From NCBI GenBank assembly GCA_024181965.1, contig BQXS01009951.1:1-39035 (forward strand): a stretch of 39,035 nucleotides of DNA, written 5' to 3'. Source of the DNA: Aduncisulcus paluster (taxonomy: Eukaryota). How positions within the stretch are numbered: position 1 is the stretch's first letter; every line of letters starts with the position of its first letter. Both the position numbers and the translations under genes were made by a program. A model generated the notes under the pieces. That model saw only the letters and a program-made list of their open reading frames with translations, had not been told where the DNA came from and made no database searches. This document shows positions 1 to 10,156 of this stretch, in pieces.

Positions 1-1
1 G

Positions 2-3000
2 ATGAAGAAAGAAACAGATGAAACTTCCAAAGAACTCATTTCTCGAGTAGCTGAGGTTGAAGCCAAGTTGTCATCAATTGAGCACGCTTATCAGATTGCT
101 ATTGATAAATCCCATGGGGATTTGTTTTCCGATTTCTCTGATTCTTTGACTAAACTCTCTTCATCTATGTCTGACCAACACAAGGATCTCCTTGATCGTG
201 TCTCTTCTGTATCTTCCTCATTTTCAACCCAACAACAAGAATGTACCCTTCATATTGCGAATAATCGGTCTGATATTGACGATTTAACGATAAAACTTAG
301 TGATCATATTTCAAAGATTGAGGATCGCATGTCAGCTTTGGAAAAAGCTGTCACGCTCAGCAAAAAAGAATCAATTGATCGTGAACGTGCTTATAAAGCC
401 GAGATGGCCACTCAAATGAAAGAATATGAGTCCCGCATGGAAGAGAAATTCCAATTATTCGCTGATAAGATATCTGAACAAATTAAGGTTCTCTCCGGTC
501 CCAATGAGAGTTTGATTGAGGGTTTATCCTCTATTGACAAATGCACAAAAGATGTTAAGATTCTATCTGAGTCTGTTGAGGAAAGATTAGCGTCTCACTT
601 TGAAAAAGCCGCCGATATCCACACTGAGTTACAGACTGAGCTTAACGATCGTCTTGACCAGAATGAAACCCGACTTAAGCACTTACTGTCCCAATCTGAT
701 AGCAGCATCCAACACCTTGTCAAGTCACACATTGCCTCCTCTGTCTCCTCTGTCCAATCTACCCTTGGTGTCCTTACAAACACTATCACCACCAGCAGAG
801 CCTCCCTCCAGCGTTCCATCTCCGAGCTCGACCACCGTGTCTCCATCAATGAAGATGTTGTATCCTCGCTGTCTTCTACCGTGTCCCATTTCAAGGACCG
901 TATGAAGGACTGGATGGACCACGAAAAGGACAGGCGTGATGGAACCCTTCGGGAATTCCAAGGAACCATGAAGATCACTGAAAGTGCTTTCCGTCGTGAT
1001 GTCACAAAGGTCAAGGAATCCATTGACCACCTTAAGGAAGAAGTCGAACTCTCTTTGAAGGAGGCTGATTCGCTTGCTGCAAGGAGACACGGTCAGCTTG
1101 AAGAGAATATTTCAAGGTTCAGCCAGGCCAGTCGTACCCATATGGATCGTTCTGAAAAACTAATGGGTCAGCTTGGAAAGCGCATTGAAACAGTGTCGAC
1201 CCGCATCGATGGAGATATTAAAGACTTAAGCTCCCACGCTAAATCTATGCTTGCCTCCTCAGAAGAGACTGCCATTGCCCGTGAGAGCGAAATCACAAAA
1301 CATATCGCCCAAGAAAGGACACGAACTGAGAATGACATGAAACATAACAACACTCGCCTTATGGGTGTGCTTCACACTCTTCAGAACAGGCTGAAGAAAT
1401 GTGAAGAAAATATCATTCGTGTTGGATCATCCCAACCTTTCCTGATCTCCAGACCACAGTGGGGCGAGAAAGATGTTCAAGAACACGAGGAATCTGATTC
1501 AAAGTCTGAAGAAGGAAAGAAACACGAGTCAACTCCTGAAGGAAAGCCATTCTCCTCTCTCTCTTCCCTATCTTCTCTTAGTTTACGTCTTTCTGTGTGT
1601 GAGGGTGAGCTCAAAACCATCCATTCCCATCTTGGAGCTCATTCAGACGAGATTGATGCTGTCCGTGATATCAATGAGAAAGAATGTGAGCATGTCTTGA
1701 GCAAGGTTAATGATCTTGAATGTGTCATGAAAGAGAGTAACAGGGAGTTAGAGAGGAAGGATATGAAGGCTAGAGATGTCATAAAGAAGTCTTTGGAAGA
1801 CAGAACATCTGTCCTCCAGGATATGCTTGTGGAGAGAATAGCCACACTATCAAGGACTTCCGAGGAAGCCAGGGAGAAGGTGAGACGCGATGCTGAATGC
1901 GGAAGAACAGATCTCTTGGCCGAGCTTAACAGTGCTATCAAGTCATTCAATGCATCAATCGAAGCTGAAGAGAAAGCCCGCGAGACCTCTGATCATGCCA
2001 TCAAAGCTGACATGGCTTCATTGACACGCCAAACAGAGGAACAGCATGCGTCTGCAACTTCTCTAATTATTGAGACTCAGAAAGAGCTTCAGGCCGAGAC
2101 AAATTCTCTCCGTGATCAAACGTCTCTTAGATTCGATGGAAATGAGCAAACAATGGCCGCTTTGAAGGAGGAGCGTATAGAGAAAGAGAAAGAACTTCGT
2201 GACATTTTAATGAGAACTGAAGAAGCTCTCTCAAGAACTATCTCAGATCTCTCCCAGAAGATTGATGCTGAACGCAAGAGTGATGTTGACACCTTGACGA
2301 ATGAACTCAAGCGTGAACATGAAGAGAATTCCGTTCATTTCTCTTCAATAGAATCCAATGTTCACTCCCTGGAAGAAAAGACGACCTTAGAACTCTCGAG
2401 GGCTATTTCTGAGAGGAACTCAATGTTGGAGCGTATTGAGACCGAATTGAAGGATTCCATAGAAACGCATCATTCATTAGCCTCCAAGATGATCGACCAG
2501 ACTCGTGCTGATGTTGACAAGGAAAGATCTGAACTCGCTGATACTGTTTCCCAGAACATCAAGGATCTGCGGGAAGAGACATCCAGCAGAGACGCCAAGA
2601 ACGAAGGTTCCATCGAAATACATGGTGAGCGTATTGCCGCAAACAAAGAATTTATCACATCCGTTCACAAAGATTTGGCGGAAATTATCAGACTCGGTGG
2701 AGTCCAAGAAGAGAAAGACCGTCTAGCGTTGAAGGATTCTCTTGTTCATAGTATCACTCAGCTCTCAAAAGAAGTTAAAGAAACTCATGAACGTGATATT
2801 GACACACTTCAGAAACAAACCAATGCAGAAATTATTGAAATGGACAAGAAACATGAGGGATTACATCAAGGAGTCGTTGCTCGTCTCGATAACCATAATA
2901 GCCAACTCCAAACTCATTTGGAACATCTCGAAAGGCACGATGGTCACTTGGAGAAACACGATGGTCACTTGGAGAAACACGATGGTCACTTGGAGAAACA

Positions 3001-6000
3001 TGATGAAGAGCTTTCAAATCATTCAGCCCAAGGACAAGACCACTCTGACCAACTTCACTCCCTTCACTCCTCTCTCTCTTCCCTCGTTGCCAGAGTGGAG
3101 AAAGATGAGACTGCCATCCTTGACAAGGAACAAAGCACCATTGCTCGAGAAAAAGAACTTCAGGAAGTATGGGAAACCAAGGAGAAAGAGAACGCCGAGC
3201 ATCTTAAGGAATCGCTTCGAATTGTTGATGAATTGGCTTCAAGATTCCAAGAAGACGTTAAAAAGGAGCATGTCAAGATATTCCATGAAATTGAAACCAC
3301 CAAAGATACCATGTCCTCATCCACCATTGAGCTTAAGCATTCCATCTCTGATCTCTCCACATCTGTGGCCGCCAATCGCAAGACAGACCTCGCTTCATTC
3401 GCTGCCTCCGTTTCATCTCTCCATGACCAAATCACTTCCACTCAGTCTCTTGTCCATGAGAACCAAAATGAAGTCGTTGAGAAGTTGAAGGAAGAAGCAA
3501 AGATTCGTTCCGAGCGTGCTGATAATGTCGATTCCGAATTGCACCGGATCAGTGCCGTCATTGAGAGCTCTCATAACTCAAGTGTTAAGGCTACAGCTGA
3601 TCTGAGGAAACGCACCGATGAAAGGTACGATTCGTTGGCAAAACATGTATCAGAAACCCATCAGAAGGATCTCTCTGAAGTTCAGACCTCTCTTGCAGTC
3701 ATTCGTGATACTCTGTCCAAGCATGAAGTCAGTATTGACTCCAACAGTGAGAACATTGAAAAGAATGAGAAGAATAATTCGCATTCCATTGCTGTGCTTG
3801 GCAGTTCTGTATCCACAAACAAGGGTTCCATTGACGAACACTCACGGGAGCTTGTGTCTGTGAAACAATCCATTGAGCACGTTTCAGAGGATATGATGGA
3901 GAGACTCGAGAAATCAAAGAGTGAGATATCCCACGCAATTGACGAAGAGAGGGGGATAAGAGAAGTTGGTCTCGATGAGGCAAAGAAAGAGAGAGCCTCC
4001 ATCGTCGAGCAACTGAACGACGGAGTCCAACTCTTGCAGAATTCCCTGGAGGAACAAGGCGTTTCTCTGTCTAATTCGATCGAAAAGGAATCATCTGAAA
4101 GACGCTCTGAGGCTCTTCGCATCTCATCTGAGTTATCTCAAGCTATTGAAACCGAGAAAGAGACTCGAATCTCTATTTCTTCGACTGACAGGTCTAATTT
4201 TGAGCATCAACTCTCACAGCTTGTCAAGAACCTTGAAGAAGAGAAAGTTGCGCGTACGTCTTCTGTGTCCACTTTAAGCACCACCTTGGATGCTGAAATT
4301 GAGCGCTGTCACGATTCCATTGGCAAAGAAAAGGTAGCTCGTGAGGAGTCTGACACCAAGATCCATGAAGAGCTTGTTCACGTTGATACCACTATCAAGG
4401 AGATGCTCTCAAGCGAAAAAGAGACCAGAGAGAATGAAGTGAGTATCCTCCAGGCTGATCTTCACAAAGCCATTGAGAATGAAGATGAACAACGTACAAG
4501 AGCATTTAATCACCTTGAAGAGAGAATGAAGGAGGATAAGAATCTTGTTGAGAAGCAGCTTGAATCAATTGGAGAGCGTATCGAGGAACATCATGAAGAG
4601 CTCACCGTAGCACTCAAGTCTGAAGCTCAAAAGCGTGAAGAGGCATTTATTATCGGCGGTTCTGCAAGAGAAGATCTCAAGAAAGAGCTTAATGAACGTA
4701 TGAGTGAAGAAACAGAGAGGGTCAACTCCATCCTTAGTCAGCATTCTTCCGGCCTTACTGGTCTCACCAATTCCATTGATACCCATGTTGAGAAGCAATG
4801 TGTCAGAGAGGCTGGATTTGATAATGATATTGTCGAACTGAGAGAGTCAATTGCGAACACAAACAGTGATGTCGAATCTGTACGTTCCACCCTTTCCTCT
4901 AAGTTGGAAGCTCATGTGACCGATTCTGAGGCTCAACGCTCACAAGATCGTGTTGAAATCAATTGCCAAATTGATGCTCTCATGCCTGTACTTGATGCGA
5001 AGACTAAGGAAGTTCTTGAAACTGAACACTCGTTCCAAGAGAAGCAACTTCAGGATCAGCTTGCTCAAAAGGCCAAATTGGAAGCTGTTCTTCAGCAAAC
5101 TCAAGAAAAGATGGATTCTCTTACCGTTCGTTTCGATGCTAAACTCGAAGAAACAACCAAAAAGATTGACCGTGTTGCTAACCAGAGTGCCGAAGCTGTT
5201 GTGGAGGTGAGCAAAGCTATTGATGTGACCAAGAAACGTGTACGTGAAGACATGAAACAGTTTGTATCCTTCCAACAAACTCACATGGGTAATGTTAACT
5301 CCATGGTTAAGGCTGTTGAAGGGCGGGTTGGCAAAGCAGAAGACAAAGTTGTCCAAATTCATGGTGATGTTAGGCGAATGGGTGAAAATATCGATGAGAA
5401 ATTAACCACTCAGCTCTCCAAACAAGCCTTGTCTACCCAAGCTTCATTTGCTCAGATCGGTCAAGATATTACTTCACAGTCAGCCTCCCATCAATCTGAT
5501 CTGAGAAGGCTTCGTGAAGAACAAAAGAAGTTCGAGAAACAGGTTGAAAGAACCATGGAGTACAACAGAAAGCTTGACTCTACTCTCGATGGTATTCGGA
5601 GTACTATTGAACATGTTGAACAGCAGAGTAGAAGACGTCTTCAGAGAGATACTGATGAAGTTAGGGAGCTTAAGCGTGAAATGGGTGATCTTCGAAGCTC
5701 GATGAGTATCGAACGAATCTTTTCATCTCCTCATGAATTGAGAAGAAGTGAGAGTTATGCTGGCGCTACAAGAAAAGCTCCTTCCGTGACTTCCTCTTCT
5801 TCCTCATTCCGCCCATCCTCCTCTTTCATTGGTGCTGGAGCTGTATATAATTCACAGACTCGTCCATCCCGTGGTCTTGGACAAGGGGAGGCACGTGGAT
5901 CAAACCCCATCAGTGGTACTGGTCGTAGAGTTTTGTCTGCCCAAGAGCTTGACATTGATGACTCTATTAGTAGCCGTAAAGCTATCGTTGATGGATCAGA

Positions 6001-6286
6001 AAGAGAGTATAGCAGTATCGAAGAGACTCAAGATCGTACAGTTGATGCTGACATTTTGAAGACTCTTCTCTCTATGGGTTTGAAAGAAAAGGATTTGGAC
6101 GAGAATGTCAAGCGTTTTGGAGATAACAAATATGCTTTCTTTGGAGATATCCAAGTCCATGTTCAGAGAAACGCTCGTGGCAAGTTGGAGATCAAATTCC
6201 AAAACGCCAGAGGATCCAACCCACTTGCCTTTGAAAGTTATATCAAGGATGCCATGAAGGTGAGTAAGAAGAGAGTTTTGAAATAA
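2..6286 (+). CDS. Giant coiled-coil (cytoskeletal-type) protein, at least 2094 aa, probably 5'-truncated by the window
   Basis: Uninterrupted ORF from the window edge, E/K/S/L-rich heptad and hendecad composition over about 1900 aa, recurrent [IL]xxExxxR motifs, a Ser-rich linker and a small globular C-terminal domain. Confidence 0.9.
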   Translation: MKKETDETSKELISRVAEVEAKLSSIEHAYQIAIDKSHGDLFSDFSDSLTKLSSSMSDQHKDLLDRVSSVSSSFSTQQQECTLHIANNRSDIDDLTIKLSDHISKIEDRMSALEKAVTLSKKESIDRERAYKAEMATQMKEYESRMEEKFQLFADKISEQIKVLSGPNESLIEGLSSIDKCTKDVKILSESVEERLASHFEKAADIHTELQTELNDRLDQNETRLKHLLSQSDSSIQHLVKSHIASSVSSVQSTLGVLTNTITTSRASLQRSISELDHRVSINEDVVSSLSSTVSHFKDRMKDWMDHEKDRRDGTLREFQGTMKITESAFRRDVTKVKESIDHLKEEVELSLKEADSLAARRHGQLEENISRFSQASRTHMDRSEKLMGQLGKRIETVSTRIDGDIKDLSSHAKSMLASSEETAIARESEITKHIAQERTRTENDMKHNNTRLMGVLHTLQNRLKKCEENIIRVGSSQPFLISRPQWGEKDVQEHEESDSKSEEGKKHESTPEGKPFSSLSSLSSLSLRLSVCEGELKTIHSHLGAHSDEIDAVRDINEKECEHVLSKVNDLECVMKESNRELERKDMKARDVIKKSLEDRTSVLQDMLVERIATLSRTSEEAREKVRRDAECGRTDLLAELNSAIKSFNASIEAEEKARETSDHAIKADMASLTRQTEEQHASATSLIIETQKELQAETNSLRDQTSLRFDGNEQTMAALKEERIEKEKELRDILMRTEEALSRTISDLSQKIDAERKSDVDTLTNELKREHEENSVHFSSIESNVHSLEEKTTLELSRAISERNSMLERIETELKDSIETHHSLASKMIDQTRADVDKERSELADTVSQNIKDLREETSSRDAKNEGSIEIHGERIAANKEFITSVHKDLAEIIRLGGVQEEKDRLALKDSLVHSITQLSKEVKETHERDIDTLQKQTNAEIIEMDKKHEGLHQGVVARLDNHNSQLQTHLEHLERHDGHLEKHDGHLEKHDGHLEKHDEELSNHSAQGQDHSDQLHSLHSSLSSLVARVEKDETAILDKEQSTIAREKELQEVWETKEKENAEHLKESLRIVDELASRFQEDVKKEHVKIFHEIETTKDTMSSSTIELKHSISDLSTSVAANRKTDLASFAASVSSLHDQITSTQSLVHENQNEVVEKLKEEAKIRSERADNVDSELHRISAVIESSHNSSVKATADLRKRTDERYDSLAKHVSETHQKDLSEVQTSLAVIRDTLSKHEVSIDSNSENIEKNEKNNSHSIAVLGSSVSTNKGSIDEHSRELVSVKQSIEHVSEDMMERLEKSKSEISHAIDEERGIREVGLDEAKKERASIVEQLNDGVQLLQNSLEEQGVSLSNSIEKESSERRSEALRISSELSQAIETEKETRISISSTDRSNFEHQLSQLVKNLEEEKVARTSSVSTLSTTLDAEIERCHDSIGKEKVAREESDTKIHEELVHVDTTIKEMLSSEKETRENEVSILQADLHKAIENEDEQRTRAFNHLEERMKEDKNLVEKQLESIGERIEEHHEELTVALKSEAQKREEAFIIGGSAREDLKKELNERMSEETERVNSILSQHSSGLTGLTNSIDTHVEKQCVREAGFDNDIVELRESIANTNSDVESVRSTLSSKLEAHVTDSEAQRSQDRVEINCQIDALMPVLDAKTKEVLETEHSFQEKQLQDQLAQKAKLEAVLQQTQEKMDSLTVRFDAKLEETTKKIDRVANQSAEAVVEVSKAIDVTKKRVREDMKQFVSFQQTHMGNVNSMVKAVEGRVGKAEDKVVQIHGDVRRMGENIDEKLTTQLSKQALSTQASFAQIGQDITSQSASHQSDLRRLREEQKKFEKQVERTMEYNRKLDSTLDGIRSTIEHVEQQSRRRLQRDTDEVRELKREMGDLRSSMSIERIFSSPHELRRSESYAGATRKAPSVTSSSSSFRPSSSFIGAGAVYNSQTRPSRGLGQGEARGSNPISGTGRRVLSAQELDIDDSISSRKAIVDGSEREYSSIEETQDRTVDADILKTLLSMGLKEKDLDENVKRFGDNKYAFFGDIQVHVQRNARGKLEIKFQNARGSNPLAFESYIKDAMKVSKKRVLK
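2936..2998 (+). repeat. Three perfect tandem copies of 21 bp CACGATGGTCACTTGGAGAAA (encodes HDGHLEK x3)
   Basis: Read directly from the sequence; in frame in the giant ORF. Confidence 0.97.
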
Positions 6287-6690
6287 TTAGTATCTCGCTA
6301 GAATCCTTATTATAATTTATTTTAATGATTTCAATGTAATCAACTTGTATCAACCGGAATTGTATTTTTTTTTTCTGTTCGTCCTTACGAATCGAGTCCT
6401 TCCGTCTAGATTTTCTATAATAATAGCTATTATTATTATTATTTTTGTATTCATTATTCATCAGATGAGTTATATTTTTAATCAACTGATGTTTTGTAAC
6501 GTGACGCCTGAGTCAATAATCTCTCAAGAAATAAATAGCTAAAAAAACAAATATCCGATTTTACGATAGATCTAAAAACTTGAAAAAATCAGGAAATTTG
6601 GATAAAGTTAATTCGTAATAGAACAGACAATATATTTATAGATAATAGGTGTGATCTATGGCTTAAATTGATACAATTCTGAAAAAATAG

Positions 6691-7062
6691 TTATTTACCA
6701 ATCCCTTTTGATATGGCTTTTCTAATATCTTTTCTATCAGCAAAACAGATGGCTTGATGTGCTTTTCTTATAGAACCGGCAATGTGAATAACAATAGTTG
6801 TCTCATCAAAGGCACATTTCTCTTGAAATATCGATTTAAAATATTTTGTTTGTTGAGCCGGGCAGCGAACCATCAAAGTTCGAGTATCCTCATTGAAATA
6901 TTTCAGCGCCATATTTTCACATTGCAAACTGACCAATTCTCCATACTTATTCTTTATAGCATTGAGTAATCGAGATCTAACCGATAAGGGTGAATAGACA
7001 TGCCGTTTTGAGATTGAATCCATAATTCGAACAACAATATATCTATATTTAAATCTTACCAT
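6691..7062 (-). CDS. POP5: RNase P/MRP subunit Pop5 (Rpp14/Pop5 family), 123 aa
   Basis: ATG at 7062 gives the family-typical N-terminus MVRFKYRYIVVRI. Also has LMVRCP and C-terminal VIHIAGSIRKA (family motif xSGTIKK). The longer ORF-track start is non-ATG and adds non-homologous sequence. Confidence 0.88.
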   Translation of the reverse strand: MVRFKYRYIVVRIMDSISKRHVYSPLSVRSRLLNAIKNKYGELVSLQCENMALKYFNEDTRTLMVRCPAQQTKYFKSIFQEKCAFDETTIVIHIAGSIRKAHQAICFADRKDIRKAISKGIGK

Positions 7063-7266
7063 TATCAATAATTCTACGAAATGAGAAATGTCCCCAAACC
7101 ACAATATTATCATAAGTCCGAGTATAGACCATCCAGATAAGATCGAATAACAATATGTTATTCTAAATATAGTTATAATTGAATATCCAATATCTCTTAT
7201 CAACAATATTGCTACCTCATTCAAAGGGAAAATTCAATCAAGCTTTCCTTCGGATTGCGGACCAAA

Positions 7267-10080
7267 ATGGATTCATTAAATCCTATAATCCGAAGTATAT
7301 TTCAAAAGAAATTCTTTATAGACCTGACTCCTGTTCAAGCAGCAACGATTCCTCTCTTTTTACAAAACTATGATGTTAGTGTTGAGGCCGAAACTGGGAG
7401 TGGAAAAACTCTTGCATTTTGTGTTCCAATCGTTCAAAGACTTCTTAAATTGTTGATGGATCACAACATACCAAAAGAGAAAGTTAGAATGGATGGGAAA
7501 ATTACCCCCAGTCTCCAAGATCAACATAGAATCAATGTATTTAGTGTTATTATGGTTCCCACTAGGAGTTTAGCTGATCAAGTATACAAAGTGTTATCCA
7601 AGCTTATTGCTTGTCTTCCCATTTGTGGTGGTGCTTGTTGTGCTTGTGGTCTTGGACCTATAGTTGGAGATGTGAAAGATATGAAGAATATTATGGATAT
7701 GAGATACAATCAAATGGAGGAATTACAAGAAAAGGATGGAGAAGAGAGTGCTCTTTTGAAATTCAGAAAACGAAAGGTTCAAAAGAAGCTAAAAACCTTT
7801 CTATCTAGAATCACTCTCTCAAATACAACTCCTATTTCAAAGAAATATTCCAATACTGATGAATACCCCCTTGTCCCCCCTGTATCATCGGTTTCTCATG
7901 GTCAAACAGACTTGATCATTGTGACGACACCAGGACGTCTGAAATCCTTAATTTCCATATCATCAGCCCTCATTAAGAAGTTTCCAGGCCAATCTGTTGA
8001 TGAAGAAACATCAAGTCGTGAGAGAGAAGCTCAGCTCCTCCTCACACGTTCTCCCATCTCCTTGTCCTTCCGCTTCCTTCAATGCGTTGTTATCGATGAA
8101 GCAGACCGAATGCTTGCTGCAATGATGCATGTTCGTGAAGTTTTAAAAGTTCTTCCCTCCCAACGTCGAACTGCTCTTTTCTCAGCCACTCAGACTCGTG
8201 ATGTACAAGATCTCATTAGAGCAGGCATGAGGAACATGAAAAGTATTCGTGTGGTGAGAGAAGATGATGGCGCGGAGGTAGATCCGAAAGAACCTCTGAA
8301 AGAATCGGCTGAAGGAAATGAAGAGGAATTTGAGGAAGAGGAGGAAGAGGAAGATGAAGAAGAAGAGGGATCTACTCGAGAATTGGCCATTCACAGATTG
8401 TCAAAGGCCATTAATATGTCTCTCCCCTCATCCTTGCATCTTTCAATGCATCAGATTGATGAATGGAACCGTGTCGAATACATAATCGATCTTGTCAAGC
8501 AACATTACTCCCATTCATCTCCAAGTGACATAAAACACCAGAGAATTGTTGTGTTTGTGTGTTCTCGTGCCTACGCCGATTACATTGCAGAGGCCACCAT
8601 TCGTGTGATTGGCGACATAGAAGCTCGTCTTGTCAAAGAAGGGAATGATCACTCCCCATTCCACCTTCACGTTGATACCCTTCATTCTTCTCTCTCTCGG
8701 AGGGTTCGTAACAAAGTCCTCGATCGTTGGACACAGCCTTATAATCCAAAAGATTCTTATTTGCACTCTCACTGTTCTCTGGAACTACTACATGGCAAAA
8801 AGAAGTCAAAGCAAAATATTCCTTCTTTATTTGTCCTATTCACCTCAGATATTTCCGCAAGAGGAGTTGATTTTGTTGACGTTGATAATGTCATCCAATT
8901 GCACCCTCCAAAGTCTGCAGATTCATTTATTCACAGAGTCGGAAGAACAGCTCGTGCAGGCCGTGAAGGAACTGCCACTTTCGTTGGTTCAAAAACTGAA
9001 TGTGAAAGTTTCTCAAAGTTGTTAAAGAGGGAGAAAGATGTGGAATTCGATGAAGAGAAAAGTCTATTTATAGATTCTAATGTACATGAATTGAGAAAGA
9101 GACTTACACGTGTCCAAGATCGCCTTGGATCTCAGATGAAACAGTTGAAACAACTGGGCAAACGCATGAAGAAGAGGACTCATGAACTTGAGAAAAGTCA
9201 GAAAAAGAGCAAGAAATGGATGTTAAAAAGTGGAATATCTAGTGACGAAGTACATCTATTGCAATCTCAAACATCACACGGGGAAGATGCCACATTATCT
9301 GCACTCCAAACTCAGGCGGCTTCTCTCTCCTCCTCTTCCTCCTCTTCTCTTTCTCATTCTTCCGTGATATCACTCATGAATCAAGGATATGTCCAACTTC
9401 AAAAGGTTGTAGCAGATAAAGAGAAGGAGGAAAAGGAAATTATTGAGTCCTTACGTGATTCTATCTATTTGAAAGAAGTCAGTGTTCTCTTGCGTCATGC
9501 TCAGCTTCACAATAATCCCCCAACCATTGGAAATATCATCACATCATCATTTCCGCTCAGTCCTGAACCAGGGAGTTCATTCTCATCAAACACATTCCTC
9601 TCAAAGACTCAAGCTGCCTTTGTTTCCCTCTTCTCTTTCTATTCCCATCATCCATTTTTAGGCATTCCCATTGACTCTGCGGGACTCACTGCGATGGCAC
9701 ATGGATGTGTATATCTCCCTAGGCTCAAGGAGCTCGCCAAAACCTATGTTGTGTTTCGAGAAGGGGAGGAAGTTGAAGAGAGGCGGAAAGAGCGGAAAAG
9801 CAGGGGCGAACAGAAGAGAGATGAATCTTTTGAAGGCGATCTAAAGAAAAAACGGTGGAAAAAGAAGGAAGAAAAATGGGCCGAAGTGAAAGAAAAAAAG
9901 AAAGAGAAACGAGAGAAAGAAGAATTTGGGAAACGGAGATTTTTGGATGAAGCTGAAAAAGAATTCCTTGATGATGCTATATTCTTGAAAAAAATGTCAA
10001 GAAGCGGAAGAAAAGGAAAGAAGGGGAAGAAAACACAGAATTCAAAAGCTAAGCAATTTGACAGAGAAATTGGACTGTAG
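7267..10080 (+). CDS. SPB4: DEAD-box RNA helicase Spb4/DDX55 (60S biogenesis), about 937 aa with long insertions
   Basis: Q motif and motif I TPVQAATIPLFLQNYDVSVEAETGSGKTLAF (Spb4/DDX55-typical), PTRSLA, TPGRL, DEAD, RRTALFSAT, ARGVD, FIHRVGRTARAG. C-terminal extension AFVS..YSHH..LPRLKEL and a K/E-rich tail. Confidence 0.9.
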   Translation: MDSLNPIIRSIFQKKFFIDLTPVQAATIPLFLQNYDVSVEAETGSGKTLAFCVPIVQRLLKLLMDHNIPKEKVRMDGKITPSLQDQHRINVFSVIMVPTRSLADQVYKVLSKLIACLPICGGACCACGLGPIVGDVKDMKNIMDMRYNQMEELQEKDGEESALLKFRKRKVQKKLKTFLSRITLSNTTPISKKYSNTDEYPLVPPVSSVSHGQTDLIIVTTPGRLKSLISISSALIKKFPGQSVDEETSSREREAQLLLTRSPISLSFRFLQCVVIDEADRMLAAMMHVREVLKVLPSQRRTALFSATQTRDVQDLIRAGMRNMKSIRVVREDDGAEVDPKEPLKESAEGNEEEFEEEEEEEDEEEEGSTRELAIHRLSKAINMSLPSSLHLSMHQIDEWNRVEYIIDLVKQHYSHSSPSDIKHQRIVVFVCSRAYADYIAEATIRVIGDIEARLVKEGNDHSPFHLHVDTLHSSLSRRVRNKVLDRWTQPYNPKDSYLHSHCSLELLHGKKKSKQNIPSLFVLFTSDISARGVDFVDVDNVIQLHPPKSADSFIHRVGRTARAGREGTATFVGSKTECESFSKLLKREKDVEFDEEKSLFIDSNVHELRKRLTRVQDRLGSQMKQLKQLGKRMKKRTHELEKSQKKSKKWMLKSGISSDEVHLLQSQTSHGEDATLSALQTQAASLSSSSSSSLSHSSVISLMNQGYVQLQKVVADKEKEEKEIIESLRDSIYLKEVSVLLRHAQLHNNPPTIGNIITSSFPLSPEPGSSFSSNTFLSKTQAAFVSLFSFYSHHPFLGIPIDSAGLTAMAHGCVYLPRLKELAKTYVVFREGEEVEERRKERKSRGEQKRDESFEGDLKKKRWKKKEEKWAEVKEKKKEKREKEEFGKRRFLDEAEKEFLDDAIFLKKMSRSGRKGKKGKKTQNSKAKQFDREIGL

Positions 10081-10156
10081 ATTTTAAATAGATTTATTGT
10101 AAGTTTTCAATAGATTCAAAATCACTCACACACATGCACGTGAGATGTTGATGGTA

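Noticed and set aside
6243-6542. Small ORFs in the convergent spacer between the giant ORF and POP5
   Set aside because: Low-complexity AT-rich translations with non-ATG starts and no motifs.
7063-7224. Hydrophobic N-terminal extension of POP5 in the ORF track
   Set aside because: It begins at a non-ATG codon in AT-rich promoter DNA; the family-typical start is MVRFK at 7062.
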